64,000 bases of DNA from Christensenellaceae bacterium (GCA_963674775.2 CAXXPJ010000003.1:1585733-1649732), one strand, 5' to 3'. Positions 17,109 to 27,751 are shown, numbered from the stretch's first letter. Notes: generated by a model from the letters alone, not told the origin. Translations and numbers: made by a program.

Positions 17109-18548
17109 ATGACCTATTTTTTACTTTCACTTGCCGCACTGCTCGTCGTTTTTCTCGCGGTGATCATCATTCGCGCGCTGCTGTTTCGGCCAAAGGCGGT
17201 TGCGCCCGCAGCGCAGGGTGAAGCGGTTGTGGACGAACAGGCGGCAATCGACCATCTGGCCGAGATGATCCGCTGCAAAACGATATCGTATTATGAGGAC
17301 GAACGCATCGACAAAGCGGAGTTTGCAAAATTCCGCGCGCTGCTCAAGTCGCTCTACCCGACGGTGTTTTTAAAATGTACCTACGAAGAACTCGGCCCGA
17401 GCGGCGTGCTCTTCTCGCTCAAGGGAAAGAACGCGGACAAACCCGCCGTGTTCATGTCGCATTACGACGTCGTGCCCGTCAACGAAGAGCAGTGGTCCAA
17501 ACCCGCGTTTGAGGGCATCGTCGAGGACGGCATGCTCTGGGGGCGCGGTACGCTGGACACGAAATGTACCCTGCTGGGCACGCTGGAAGCCGCGGAACAA
17601 CTGCTCAAGAGCGGGTTCGTTCCGGAAAACGATATGTACTTCGCGTTCGCCGGGGACGAGGAGGTTGCGGGTAGTTCGCAGCCTGTTATCGTGGAGACGC
17701 TGCGCGCGCGCGGCATCACGCCCGCAATCGTCGTGGACGAAGGCGGCGCGGTCGTCGATGGAATCTTCCCCGGCGTTTCGCAGCCCTGTGCGCTGATCGG
17801 CATCGCCGAAAAGGGCCTCATGGACGCACAATTCGTCATCGAGGGCGCGGGCGGGCATGCATCCGCGCCGCCGCCGCACACCGGCATCGGGCGGCTGGCC
17901 CGCACAGTGACGCGCATCGAAAACAACCCCTTCCCGCGCGTGCTGACCAAGCCCGTTGCGGAGATGTTCGACACACTGGGCCGCCGTTCGTCGTTTGTGT
18001 ACAAGCTCATCTTTGCAAACCTCTGGTGCTTTGCGCCGGTGCTCGATGCCATCTGTAAAAAAGCCGGCGGCGAGCTCAACGCCATGATGCGCACCACTTG
18101 CGCGTTTACCATGGCGGAGGGCAGTAATGCCAGCAACGTTCTGCCGCCGCGGGCGCGCATGGTCGCAAACCTCCGCGTCATCAGCGGCAGCACCTGCGAG
18201 GAAACGCTGAACATGCTCAAAGAGCGCGTCGGCGACGACGGCATTCAGGCAAGCATCATCCATGGTTCGGATCCGAGCAAGATCTCCGAAACGAGCGGAT
18301 ACGGCTGGGAGAAGCTCACTTCGGCAATCGCCGAAACCTGGCCGGATACACTGGTCTCGCCGTATCTGATGCTTGCCGCTTCGGACTCGCGGCACTATTG
18401 CGCGATTTCGGACTATGTCTACCGTTTCTCTGCGATGGCGCTGAGCAAACAAGACCGCGCCGGAATCCACGGCAATGACGAGCGCATTTCCACCGACAAG
18501 ATCGTCAAAACAGTACAGTTCTATCTGCGGCTGATGAGAAGCCTGTAA
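17109..18548 (+). CDS. M20-family metallopeptidase with an N-terminal TM anchor
   Basis: 479 aa with motifs FMSHYDVVP, WGRGTLDTK and GDEEV typical of M20/M25/M40. SD GAAAGGA. Confidence 0.85.
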   Translation: MTYFLLSLAALLVVFLAVIIIRALLFRPKAVAPAAQGEAVVDEQAAIDHLAEMIRCKTISYYEDERIDKAEFAKFRALLKSLYPTVFLKCTYEELGPSGVLFSLKGKNADKPAVFMSHYDVVPVNEEQWSKPAFEGIVEDGMLWGRGTLDTKCTLLGTLEAAEQLLKSGFVPENDMYFAFAGDEEVAGSSQPVIVETLRARGITPAIVVDEGGAVVDGIFPGVSQPCALIGIAEKGLMDAQFVIEGAGGHASAPPPHTGIGRLARTVTRIENNPFPRVLTKPVAEMFDTLGRRSSFVYKLIFANLWCFAPVLDAICKKAGGELNAMMRTTCAFTMAEGSNASNVLPPRARMVANLRVISGSTCEETLNMLKERVGDDGIQASIIHGSDPSKISETSGYGWEKLTSAIAETWPDTLVSPYLMLAASDSRHYCAISDYVYRFSAMALSKQDRAGIHGNDERISTDKIVKTVQFYLRLMRSL

Positions 18549-18557
18549 CAAGCAGAC

Positions 18558-18590
18558 CAAAAGCCATCCCGAGCGGGATGGCTTTTTTTG
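18558..18590. terminator. Bidirectional terminator between convergent genes
   Basis: AGCCATCCC-GAGC-GGGATGGCT followed by TTTTTTT, with A-rich sequence on the other side. Confidence 0.75.
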
Positions 18591-18611
18591 TGTGAAATCA
18601 AGAGAGATCGG

Positions 18612-19382
18612 TTACAGCTGCTTTCTTGAGAAGCCGAGCATCATCAGCGCCGCGTTGATCGCGCTCAGCGCGAGGGAGAGCCACACGGCGGGCAGAACAT
18701 CACGCGCCGTAAGCGCGCCGGTCAAGAGCGCAAAGCCTTCGCTCAGCCGTGTAGGCAGCCAGACCGACAGCGGCGGGATCATGGAGAGCGCGTAACAGGC
18801 CATGTAGAGCCCGCCCGCGCAGAGGAGCGCATACATGCCGTTTGAAAAAACGGACGCAAACGCAAGCTCCAGCGTCAGGAGCCATACGCCGAGCAGATAG
18901 GCGGAGACGGCCGCGAGCCAAATGCCGCTCGTCAACGCGTCCTCCCAGAAATAAGCGCTGTATCCAAGCGTGATGAAAAACGTGAGCCAGTAGCACACGC
19001 TCCAGCTCAACAGCACGGAAGAGAGTTTCGCGGCGGCGACCTTGCCGCGCGAAATGCCTTTTGTGAGCAGGTTGACGAGCGTTCCGCTCTGATATTCCTG
19101 CGCAAAGATCCCGCTGAACAGCGCGAGGATGAGGATATACTCCATCAGCAGATTTTTGAAATACTGTGTCCAGGCGGTCAGGGCGTTGACCGTGACGACG
19201 CCGATGGTGATCCCCTGATCGGAGAGCGCGCCGGACATCAGCTGCAGCATCCAGGGCGTCAGTTTCGCGAGCGCGGGATTCATGATTCCGAAGATGGAAA
19301 ACACGATTACAAGCAGCGCCGCTTTTCCGGTTCGGAGCAGTTCCAGAGATTCTTTGCGGAGCATGACGGAGATCTGTTTCAT
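18612..19382 (-). CDS. ABC-2-type transporter permease
   Basis: 256 aa with 6 TM helices, translationally coupled to the upstream ATPase (4-nt overlap). Confidence 0.8.
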   Translation of the reverse strand: MKQISVMLRKESLELLRTGKAALLVIVFSIFGIMNPALAKLTPWMLQLMSGALSDQGITIGVVTVNALTAWTQYFKNLLMEYILILALFSGIFAQEYQSGTLVNLLTKGISRGKVAAAKLSSVLLSWSVCYWLTFFITLGYSAYFWEDALTSGIWLAAVSAYLLGVWLLTLELAFASVFSNGMYALLCAGGLYMACYALSMIPPLSVWLPTRLSEGFALLTGALTARDVLPAVWLSLALSAINAALMMLGFSRKQL

Positions 19383-20293
19383 CTTCCGGCCACCTCCAGA
19401 AACAAAGATTCGAGTGAAGGCTCGTTTTGCTTTATCAGCAGCGGGTAGAGGCCGAGCTCTCCCAGTATGGCAAAGGCGCGTTTCATATCGTCCCGCGTGC
19501 CGTTGGGATAGTTCAGGCGCAGGCCGGAGGTCGTTTCTCCGCCGGGGAATGCCGCCAAAAACCGTGTAGCTTCCGTCCGCTCGGAAAACTCCAGAAAAAA
19601 GCCGTCCTTCGTATGAAGCTGGCGGATCTCTTCCAGCCGCCCGGACAGCTTCAGCTCGCCGCCGTGCAGCAGGCCGATCTCGTCGCTGACGCGCTCAATA
19701 TCCGGCAGAATATGCGAGGAGAAGAGCACGGTGGTCTCGCCGCGGATCGCGCGGAGGATATCGATGATATCCTTTCGCCCGGCGGGGTCGAGCGCGGAGG
19801 TCGGTTCGTCGCACACCAGCAGTTTCGGGCGGTGGATCAACGCCTGCGCGATGCCGAGGCGCTGTTTCATGCCGCGTGAAAATCCGCCGATCCGGCGCTT
19901 GGCGGAGGAAGCCAGGCCCACCAGAGAAAGCAGCTCTTTCGTGCGCGGTTCGAGCGTATCGCAGGGCACGCCCGCGATATCGCCGCACAGCCGGAGATAC
20001 TCCTCCGGCGTCAGATAACCGTAGAACTCCGGCACGTCCGGCAGGTATCCGATATCCCGGTTCGTCTTCGTCTGTCCGTATCGCACCGGCTCTCCGTTGA
20101 CGCGGATCTCGCCGCCGTCCGCCTTCAGCAGGCCGAGGATGAGTTTCATCGTCGTGGTCTTGCCCGCGCCGTTTTCGCCGATGAAACCGTAGATCGTGTT
20201 TTCCCGCACGCGCAAATTCAGATCGGTCAACACTTCTTTTGCGCCAAAGCGTTTTTGCACATGGCGCAGTTCAAGCACGTTCATCTTGCTCAA
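19379..20293 (-). CDS. ABC transporter ATP-binding protein
   Basis: Walker A GENGAGKTT, signature FSRGMKQR, Walker B LLVCDEP. Confidence 0.92.
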   Translation of the reverse strand: MSKMNVLELRHVQKRFGAKEVLTDLNLRVRENTIYGFIGENGAGKTTTMKLILGLLKADGGEIRVNGEPVRYGQTKTNRDIGYLPDVPEFYGYLTPEEYLRLCGDIAGVPCDTLEPRTKELLSLVGLASSAKRRIGGFSRGMKQRLGIAQALIHRPKLLVCDEPTSALDPAGRKDIIDILRAIRGETTVLFSSHILPDIERVSDEIGLLHGGELKLSGRLEEIRQLHTKDGFFLEFSERTEATRFLAAFPGGETTSGLRLNYPNGTRDDMKRAFAILGELGLYPLLIKQNEPSLESLFLEVAGR

Positions 20294-20487
20294 TCCTCTT
20301 TTCCGAGCAGAAAATACAGGATCGGGCCGATGAACTCCATGCCGACGATCACGACGATGAGCCAGAGCGTACGCGTCCCTCGTTTATAACGGGTATGCGT
20401 TAGAATATGGCGAAGGGTGATGACCAGCAGCACCACCTGCGCGATCGCAAGCGGGATGATAAACGGCAATATGTCTTGCAGATTCAT
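20290..20487 (-). CDS. Small PLDc_N-domain membrane protein (YxlE-like)
   Basis: MNLQDILPFIIPLAIAQVVLLVITLRHIL...WLIVVIV..IGPILYFLLG. The second ATG was chosen because SD AAAGGAGA lies 7 nt upstream. Confidence 0.75.
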   Translation of the reverse strand: MNLQDILPFIIPLAIAQVVLLVITLRHILTHTRYKRGTRTLWLIVVIVGMEFIGPILYFLLGKED

Positions 20488-20587
20488 TGGGTTATCTCCT
20501 TTCATGGTCGCGCGGATTGCGCGATCTCACGTCTCTGCCGGAAGAGTAGCATATCACGTTACGTAACGAGCAAGAAGTATTTTGAAA

Positions 20588-20617
20588 AACAAAAAAAGAC
20601 CCGCGTCAGCGGGTCTC
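20588..20617 (-). terminator. Intrinsic terminator after the GNAT gene
   Basis: AGACCCGC-TGAC-GCGGGTCT followed by T7 on the minus strand. Confidence 0.75.
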
Positions 20618-20628
20618 TTGACGAACTG

Positions 20629-21069
20629 TTACAGCTTCAATCGATAGACGGTTTCCCCGTCGATCTCGCGCCCGTCCGGCACGAAACCGAGGCTTTCGTA
20701 GAGCGACTTTGCGGCGGTGTTTCCGTGCTCAAAACTGATGTAAACATAGTTGTGCCGCTCGTCCGCCAGCGCGCGGATGCGACCGATGAGCAAAAGCATC
20801 GCCTCGCGCCCGTATCCTCTGCGTTGATGGTTCCGGTCGATCATGAGCCGGTCGATCCAATACTGCCGGTCCTCCGGATCGAGACAGTACATTGCAAACC
20901 CGACCGGTGTATTCCCGATAAAGAGACCGAGCGGTACGCACTCCGGCTGGGCGTATGCCTGCGCGAGGGAATACTCATTCGAAGCAACGAGAGATTCCTG
21001 CTCCGGAAAGACGGAGAGTTCCAGCACGGAGCGAAAATTGTAACGGTCGATTTCGACGAGGCGCAGCAT
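20629..21069 (-). CDS. GNAT-family N-acetyltransferase
   Basis: 146 aa with acetyl-CoA motif NHQRRGYGREAM and ..AKSLYESLGF. Confidence 0.85.
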   Translation of the reverse strand: MLRLVEIDRYNFRSVLELSVFPEQESLVASNEYSLAQAYAQPECVPLGLFIGNTPVGFAMYCLDPEDRQYWIDRLMIDRNHQRRGYGREAMLLLIGRIRALADERHNYVYISFEHGNTAAKSLYESLGFVPDGREIDGETVYRLKL

Positions 21070-21105
21070 AGCGATACCTCCCTGTTGCGCTGAACAAGCG
21101 TGTGA

Positions 21106-22923
21106 TTATCCTTCCTGTTGTTTGGCGTGCTTCATGCGCAGTTCTTTTCGCAGGATACGCTTGCGCATGCGGATGTTCTTTGGTGTGATTTCAACCAGCT
21201 CGTCGTCCGCAATGAACTCGAGACACTGCTCGAGCGAGAGCACGACGGGGGATGTGAGGCGCAGCGCGTCGTCCGAGCCGGAGGCGCGCATGTTGGTCAC
21301 GTGTTTTTTCTTGCACACGTTGACCACGATGTCCTCCGCGCGCGCGTTTTCGCCGACGATCTGCCCTTCGTAGACGGGGACGCCGGAACCGACGAAGAGT
21401 TTTCCGCGGTCCTGCGTGTTATACAGGCCGTAACTCGTGGTGTCGCCCGTTTCGTGCGCGACGAGCGAACCCGTCTTGCGCTCCTCGATCGGACCCTTAT
21501 AGGGTTCGTAGTCGTGGAAGATATGACTCATCACGCCGTTGCCGCGCGTGTCGGTCAAGAGTTCGGAGCGGTAGCCCATCAGGCCGCGCGCGGGCACGAG
21601 GAACTGCAGCCGTACGCTGTTTTCGCCCTGTGTGGCCATGTCCGTGAGCTCCGCTTTGCGTTGGCCGAGCTTTTCCATGACCGCGCCGACGTATTCGGTC
21701 GGCACGTCGATGGTGAGTTCTTCGATCGGCTCGCTGGTGTTGCCTTTTGCATCTTTGTGAAAGATGACCTTCGGGCGTGAAACGGCGAACTCGTACCCCT
21801 GGCGGCGCATGGTCTCGATTAAAATCGAAAGATGCAGCTCGCCGCGCCCGCTGACGCGGAAGGTATCGGTCGTGCCCGTTTCCTCAACACGCATGGAGAT
21901 GTTGGTCTTAACCTCGTTCAGGAGCCTGTCGCGCAGGTTGCGTCCGGTGACGTACTTGCCTTCTCTGCCGGCGAAAGGGCTGTCGTTGAGCATGAACATC
22001 ATGCTCACAGTCGGCTCGTCGATGTGCACAAACGGCAGCGGCTCGACGCAGTTCGGGTCGCAGACCGTCTCGCCGACGTTGAGGAATTCCATACCTGCAA
22101 CACAGATGATGTCCCCGCAGGGCGCTTCGTCTACCTCGACGCGCTTGAGCCCTTCGTAGCGATAGAGCCGTGTGATCTTGGTGTCCACCTTGCGGTTATC
22201 CTCGCCGCCGCAGATGACGACCGGCATGCCTTTTTTAGCGGTGCCGCGTTCGATGCGGCCGACGCCGATGCGGCCGACGTAGTCGTCGTAGTCGATGGAA
22301 GAGAATAAAATCTGTAACGGCTCTTCTGGCGCGAAGTTCGGCGCGGGAATCGCGCTGATAATCGTCTCAAAGAGCGGGCACATGCCCTCCTCCATCCCGT
22401 CGGGCGTCATGCCGCTGAGGTTATCGCGCGCGCTGGCATATACAACGGGGAAATCGAGCTGGTCGGCGTCCGCGCCGAGCTCGATGAAGAGCTCCAGCGT
22501 TTGATCCACAACCTCCGCAGGGCGCGCGCCCGGGCGGTCTACCTTGTTGACGACCAGAATCGGAATCTTGTTGAGTTCGAGCGATTTACGGAGCACGAAC
22601 CGCGTCTGCGGCATACAGCCTTCAAACGCGTCGACGAGCAGCAGCACGCCGTCCACCATCTGGAGGATGCGTTCCACCTCACCGCCGAAATCCGCGTGGC
22701 CCGGTGTGTCCACAATATTGATGCGCGTGCCGCCGTAGACGACCGCCGTGTTCTTGGAGAGTATGGTGATGCCTCTCTCGCGTTCGAGATCGTTGGAGTC
22801 CATAATGCGCTCAACGTCCTGTTCGCCTCTGCGCAGCACGCCCGCGTCCCGCAGCATCTGATCGACCAGTGTCGTTTTGCCGTGGTCGACGTGCGCGATG
22901 ATTGCGACGTTTCGAATGTCCAT
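21106..22923 (-). CDS. typA: Translational GTPase TypA/BipA
   Basis: 605 aa: [36 protein letters not shown]. Confidence 0.96.
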   Translation of the reverse strand: MDIRNVAIIAHVDHGKTTLVDQMLRDAGVLRRGEQDVERIMDSNDLERERGITILSKNTAVVYGGTRINIVDTPGHADFGGEVERILQMVDGVLLLVDAFEGCMPQTRFVLRKSLELNKIPILVVNKVDRPGARPAEVVDQTLELFIELGADADQLDFPVVYASARDNLSGMTPDGMEEGMCPLFETIISAIPAPNFAPEEPLQILFSSIDYDDYVGRIGVGRIERGTAKKGMPVVICGGEDNRKVDTKITRLYRYEGLKRVEVDEAPCGDIICVAGMEFLNVGETVCDPNCVEPLPFVHIDEPTVSMMFMLNDSPFAGREGKYVTGRNLRDRLLNEVKTNISMRVEETGTTDTFRVSGRGELHLSILIETMRRQGYEFAVSRPKVIFHKDAKGNTSEPIEELTIDVPTEYVGAVMEKLGQRKAELTDMATQGENSVRLQFLVPARGLMGYRSELLTDTRGNGVMSHIFHDYEPYKGPIEERKTGSLVAHETGDTTSYGLYNTQDRGKLFVGSGVPVYEGQIVGENARAEDIVVNVCKKKHVTNMRASGSDDALRLTSPVVLSLEQCLEFIADDELVEITPKNIRMRKRILRKELRMKHAKQQEG

Positions 22924-23096
22924 TCATGTACCTTCTTTCTAATTACGAAAACAAGTTATTATAAACTAAAGCGGGCAATAAGGACAAGTCGTTTCGTCTT
23001 TTCCGGCCGCTTTTTTACTTGCTGATGCCTAAAAAGCCATAATTTCAGCGAAAATCACAGAAAAACGGCCTCACAAAAAGAATTTTCAAAAAAGTG

Positions 23097-23163
23097 TTGA
23101 CAAAGCGATTGTACAAGTGTATAACTGTATTAAGGCACTAGTACAACAGTACAATAGTACAGC
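23097..23163 (+). promoter_or_regulatory. Promoter TTGACA-17-TATAAC with GTACA-type operator repeats for the GntR/ABC operon
   Basis: TTGACA 23097-23102, TATAAC 23120-23125. TTGTACAAG lies within the spacer. Three direct repeats AGTACAA-c-AGTACAA-t-AGTACAG occur at 23139-23163. Confidence 0.6.
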
Positions 23164-23187
23164 AACACACGGAAGGAGGAAGGCGCA

Positions 23188-23574
23188 TTGGCATGGCAAT
23201 TTTCGTCTAACAGGCCGATCTACCAGCAAATCGTGGACGAGATCGAGCTTCGTATACTCAACGGAACCTATGAAAAAGGAATGCGGCTGCCCAGCGTACG
23301 CGATCTCGCGGTAGAAGCGGCGGTCAATCCGAACACAATGCAGCGGGCGCTTGCGGAACTGGAGGAGATGGGATTGTTAACCACACAGAGAAACACAGGA
23401 CGAACGGTGACGACGGACGAAGCAGCCGTCTCCCGCGCGAGGGACGCAAAGGCGGATCTGCTCGCGGAGACGTTTCTGATGCAGATGAAAGCGTTGGGCC
23501 TGAGCCGCAAAGAAGTGCTCGAGCGGCTTAACAAAGGGGAACACAAGGAGGGGGAACATGCAGTCCATTCTTGA
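23188..23574 (+). CDS. GntR-family (YtrA subfamily) transcriptional regulator
   Basis: RPIYQQIVDEIELRILNG...LPSVRDLAVEAAVNPNTMQRA wHTH with a short C-terminal tail. TTG start 7 nt after SD GGAGGA. Confidence 0.88.
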   Translation: MAWQFSSNRPIYQQIVDEIELRILNGTYEKGMRLPSVRDLAVEAAVNPNTMQRALAELEEMGLLTTQRNTGRTVTTDEAAVSRARDAKADLLAETFLMQMKALGLSRKEVLERLNKGEHKEGEHAVHS

Positions 23575-24256
23575 AACAAGAGCGCTGACAAAGCGTTATG
23601 GAACGACGCTGGCGCTGAACAATGTTGATATCTCCCTGCCAAAGGGAAAGATCGTCGGCCTGCTCGGGCCGAACGGCAGCGGCAAGACCACCCTGCTCAA
23701 GATCGTGGCGGGTCTGCTGACGCCGACCAGCGGCGTCGTGCTCGTGGAAGGGCAGCCGGTCAGCGAGGAGACGAAATCGATGATTTCGTTCCTGCCGGAG
23801 AACACCTATCTGCCGGAGTGGATGACGGTGGACGACTGCCTCGATTACTTCGCGGACTTCTATACGGACTTCGACATGCTGCGCGCCAGGGAGATGCTCT
23901 CCCGGCTCAACGTGCCGCCAAAGAAGCGCATGAAGCAGCTGAGCAAGGGCACGCGGGAGAAGATGCAGCTCGTGCTGGTCATGTCCCGCCGCGCAAAGCT
24001 CTATCTGCTCGATGAACCGATCGGCGGCGTCGACCCCGCGACGCGGGATTACATCCTCGATACGATCATCTCAAACTATGACAACGAGGCGACGATCCTG
24101 ATCTCCACGCATCTGATCGCGGATGTGGAGAAGGTGCTCGACGAATTCCTCTTCCTCAAGGAAGGCGTCATCACGATGCACGATACGACGGACAATGTCC
24201 GCGAGTCGCAGGGCAAGTCGCTGGACGAACTGTTCAGGGAGGTATTCAGATGCTAG
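23558..24256 (+). CDS. ABC transporter ATP-binding protein
   Basis: Walker A GPNGSGKTT, signature LSKGTREK, Walker B LYLLDEP. Confidence 0.92.
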   Translation: MQSILETRALTKRYGTTLALNNVDISLPKGKIVGLLGPNGSGKTTLLKIVAGLLTPTSGVVLVEGQPVSEETKSMISFLPENTYLPEWMTVDDCLDYFADFYTDFDMLRAREMLSRLNVPPKKRMKQLSKGTREKMQLVLVMSRRAKLYLLDEPIGGVDPATRDYILDTIISNYDNEATILISTHLIADVEKVLDEFLFLKEGVITMHDTTDNVRESQGKSLDELFREVFRC

Positions 24257-25122
24257 GCAAATTGATCAAACACGATTTCCGCGCGCTTTCGCGCACGCTC
24301 TTCCCGCTGCAGATCGGTATTCTCGGCGGCGGGTTGGTGGCAACACTGCTCTCGGCGTTGTCCATCCGGCTAAGCGAAGGATCCTGGGCGGCGGCGAACG
24401 GGTCTTCGCTGCTGCAGGGGTTGATTCTGTCGATTTCGATCATGACGGCAGTGCTCATCGGCGTTGCGATCATGGCGTCCCTGTTTGTCACGCTGATTCT
24501 GATCTGTTACCACTTCTACCGCAGCTTCCTGTCGGACGAAGGGTACCTGACGTTCACGCTGCCGGTCTCCACATCGAACCTGCTCTGGAGCAAGCTCTTT
24601 ACCGGTATGTTCTGGGTGATGATCAACGCCGTCGTAGTTATGATTACGCTCTTGATCTATTCGGTCTTCGGCACGACCAGCAACACGCTGATCAATGCGG
24701 AAGTGTTGAACGGATTCCGTTACTTCTTTACCGAATTGCTGCCGCAGGCGAAAGAGTATGTGAGCGTTCCGCTCGTGATCGGGGAATCCGTCATTCTGGG
24801 CATTGTCGGGCTGGCGGCGCAGCTGCTGCAGATCTTCTTCGCCATCATCATCGGCGGACAGGTCGCAAAGAAGCATCGCATCCTCGCGGCAATCGGCATG
24901 TACCTGCTCATCAACATGGGCGTGGGTATGGTCAGCTCGGTGTTCCTCTCGGTGGTGTCGCTGGGCGAGTTCATGGTGCCCATGACGCTGACCGGTGCGC
25001 CGGAGATCGGCCGCTTTATGACCAACACGTTCGGCTGGTACGGATTGCTTTCCGTCGGGCTGTGTGCGCTGTTCTTCCTGGTATCGCGTTCGATACTCAG
25101 AAAGAACCTGAACCTGCAATAA
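24250..25122 (+). CDS. ABC-2-like membrane permease (hypothetical)
   Basis: 290 aa with about 6 TM helices, overlapping the ATPase stop. Confidence 0.7.
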   Translation: MLGKLIKHDFRALSRTLFPLQIGILGGGLVATLLSALSIRLSEGSWAAANGSSLLQGLILSISIMTAVLIGVAIMASLFVTLILICYHFYRSFLSDEGYLTFTLPVSTSNLLWSKLFTGMFWVMINAVVVMITLLIYSVFGTTSNTLINAEVLNGFRYFFTELLPQAKEYVSVPLVIGESVILGIVGLAAQLLQIFFAIIIGGQVAKKHRILAAIGMYLLINMGVGMVSSVFLSVVSLGEFMVPMTLTGAPEIGRFMTNTFGWYGLLSVGLCALFFLVSRSILRKNLNLQ

Positions 25123-25156
25123 ACATCAAAAATCCTGCGGCTTGTTCTTCGCGGGT

Positions 25157-25182
25157 AAGGGCGGCATATGCCGCCCTTTTTT
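25157..25182 (+). terminator. Intrinsic terminator after the ABC operon
   Basis: AAGGGCGGC-ATAT-GCCGCCCTT followed by TTTT. Confidence 0.75.
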
Positions 25183-25212
25183 GCGCCGCAAAGCAGCCGG
25201 GAACGAAAAAAC

Positions 25213-25242
25213 TTGCGCAGACGCGTCTTCTGCACGTATAAT
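25213..25242 (+). promoter_or_regulatory. Promoter TTGCGC-18-TATAAT, with the -10 ending 7 nt before the ATG of the PP-loop gene
   Basis: TTGCGC 25213-25218, TATAAT 25237-25242, ATG 25250. The spacer ATCGCTC lacks an SD. Confidence 0.5.
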
Positions 25243-25249
25243 ATCGCTC

Positions 25250-25996
25250 ATGAAACGGGTATTAGGCAGCATTCGGCGCGCGGACGAGCGCTATCATATG
25301 ATCGAGGACGGGGATAAAGTCTGCATCGGCGTCTCCGGCGGAAAGGACTCCCTCCTGCTGATAAAAGCGATGAAGCTCTATCAGCGGTTTTCCTATACGA
25401 AGTTCGACGTCATCGCCGTCATGCTCGACCTGGGTTTAAAGGAACAGGACGCCTCCGGCATCGAGGCGTTTGCGGAGCGCATCGGCATCGACTTCCAAGT
25501 GGAAAAGACAGACATCGGTAAGGTCGTGTTCGAGTATCGACAGGAGCGAAGCCCCTGCGCCCTCTGCGCCAAGCTGCGGCGCGGCGCGCTGAACACCTAT
25601 GCCGTTGAGCACGGCTGCAACAAGGTTGCGCTCGGGCATAATCGCGACGATGTGATTCAAACGTTCTTCATGAGCATGCTCTACGAAGGGCGCATCAACA
25701 CCTTTGCGCCGGTGACGTATCTCTCCCGCCGGGACGTGACCGTGATCCGTCCGCTGATCTTCCTGCCGGAGAAGCACGCGCTTTCCGTCGCCCGTGCGCA
25801 TGATCTGCCGGTGCTGCCGCCGAACTGCGACATCGCCGGGAGTACCAAGCGCGATGAAGCCAGGCGGCTCGTGCAGCATATGACGGGGTTGGTGCCGGAC
25901 TTTGAGGAGAAGTTCATGCACGCGCTCTCCACAACGGAGACCTATGGCCTCTGGGATCGCATGCGCCTCAAGGACGACGAAAAACATAAGAGATAA
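25250..25996 (+). CDS. PP-loop ATPase, TtcA-like tRNA 2-thiocytidine synthetase family
   Basis: PP-loop GVSGGKDS, Cys motif CALCAKLRRG. 248 aa from MKRVLGS. Confidence 0.85.
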   Translation: MKRVLGSIRRADERYHMIEDGDKVCIGVSGGKDSLLLIKAMKLYQRFSYTKFDVIAVMLDLGLKEQDASGIEAFAERIGIDFQVEKTDIGKVVFEYRQERSPCALCAKLRRGALNTYAVEHGCNKVALGHNRDDVIQTFFMSMLYEGRINTFAPVTYLSRRDVTVIRPLIFLPEKHALSVARAHDLPVLPPNCDIAGSTKRDEARRLVQHMTGLVPDFEEKFMHALSTTETYGLWDRMRLKDDEKHKR

Positions 25997-26003
25997 TAAA
26001 TAA

Positions 26004-26213
26004 CTACCTTTCTTTAAAAGAAAGGTAGCGAAAGAAACTTTGATGAACATAAAAAAGAGACTCGCTTACGCGAGCCTCTTTTATGTTGCTTATGTTTACT
26101 CCACAACCTCGGCGACGACGCCGGAAGCAATCTGGCGGCCTTTCTTTTCTTAAAAAGAAAGACTGTAAAAAAAAGAGACTCGCTTGTGCGAGCCTCTTTT
26201 GTGTTGCTTTTGC
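26004..26213 (-). repeat. Diverged tandem duplication of the tuf 3' end plus its terminator (tuf relic)
   Basis: Terminator copies lie at 26051-26082 and 26167-26200 (AAAAAGAGACTCGCTT(A/G)(C/T)GCGAGCCTCTTTT). 26096-26140 encodes GRQIASGVVAEVVE* against the real tuf end [23 protein letters not shown]-type hairpins lie at 26004-26028 and 26139-26163. Confidence 0.85.
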
Positions 26214-27428
<1,215 letters not shown>

Positions 27429-27522
27429 TACAATCATTCCTCCTAAAAATCTTCTGTTGTTACCCGCATGCGGAATTTGTAACGGCAGCGGGCAAAATAA
27501 TTTGTGCACCTTTTATGGATGC

Positions 27523-27596
27523 TGGAGCGGGTGATGGGAATCGAACCCACATAGCCAGCTTGGGAAGCTGGAGCTCTGCCACTGAGCTACACCCGC
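27523..27596 (-). tRNA. tRNA-Gly (anticodon CCC), CCA encoded
   Basis: Hand-folded cloverleaf: acceptor GCGGGTG/CACCCGC, D arm GCTC/GAGC, anticodon stem CCAGC/GCTGG with loop TTCCCAA, T arm GTGGG-TTCGATT-CCCAT, discriminator T, then CCA. Confidence 0.9.
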
Positions 27597-27751
27597 GCAT
27601 CGGCCACATCCCCTTCGTCGCAGGAGCGAGCGACGATGGATTGTTTCGATTGGACTTCCTGTTTTGATTCATGTGACATAAGGGAAATCCGCAACGAAAG
27701 CCGCCGTGAAAAGGCATGCGTTACCCATGCTCCGCCACGGTAGCATCCCTT

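Noticed and set aside
27597-27750. The tRNA-Gly leader as a second tRNA, a tRNA pseudogene or a T-box
   Set aside because: I could not fold it into a cloverleaf: the hairpin loop GGUAACG lacks U33 and there is no T-arm. It is far too short for a T-box and has no specifier or T-box sequence. It is left as an unexplained structured leader.
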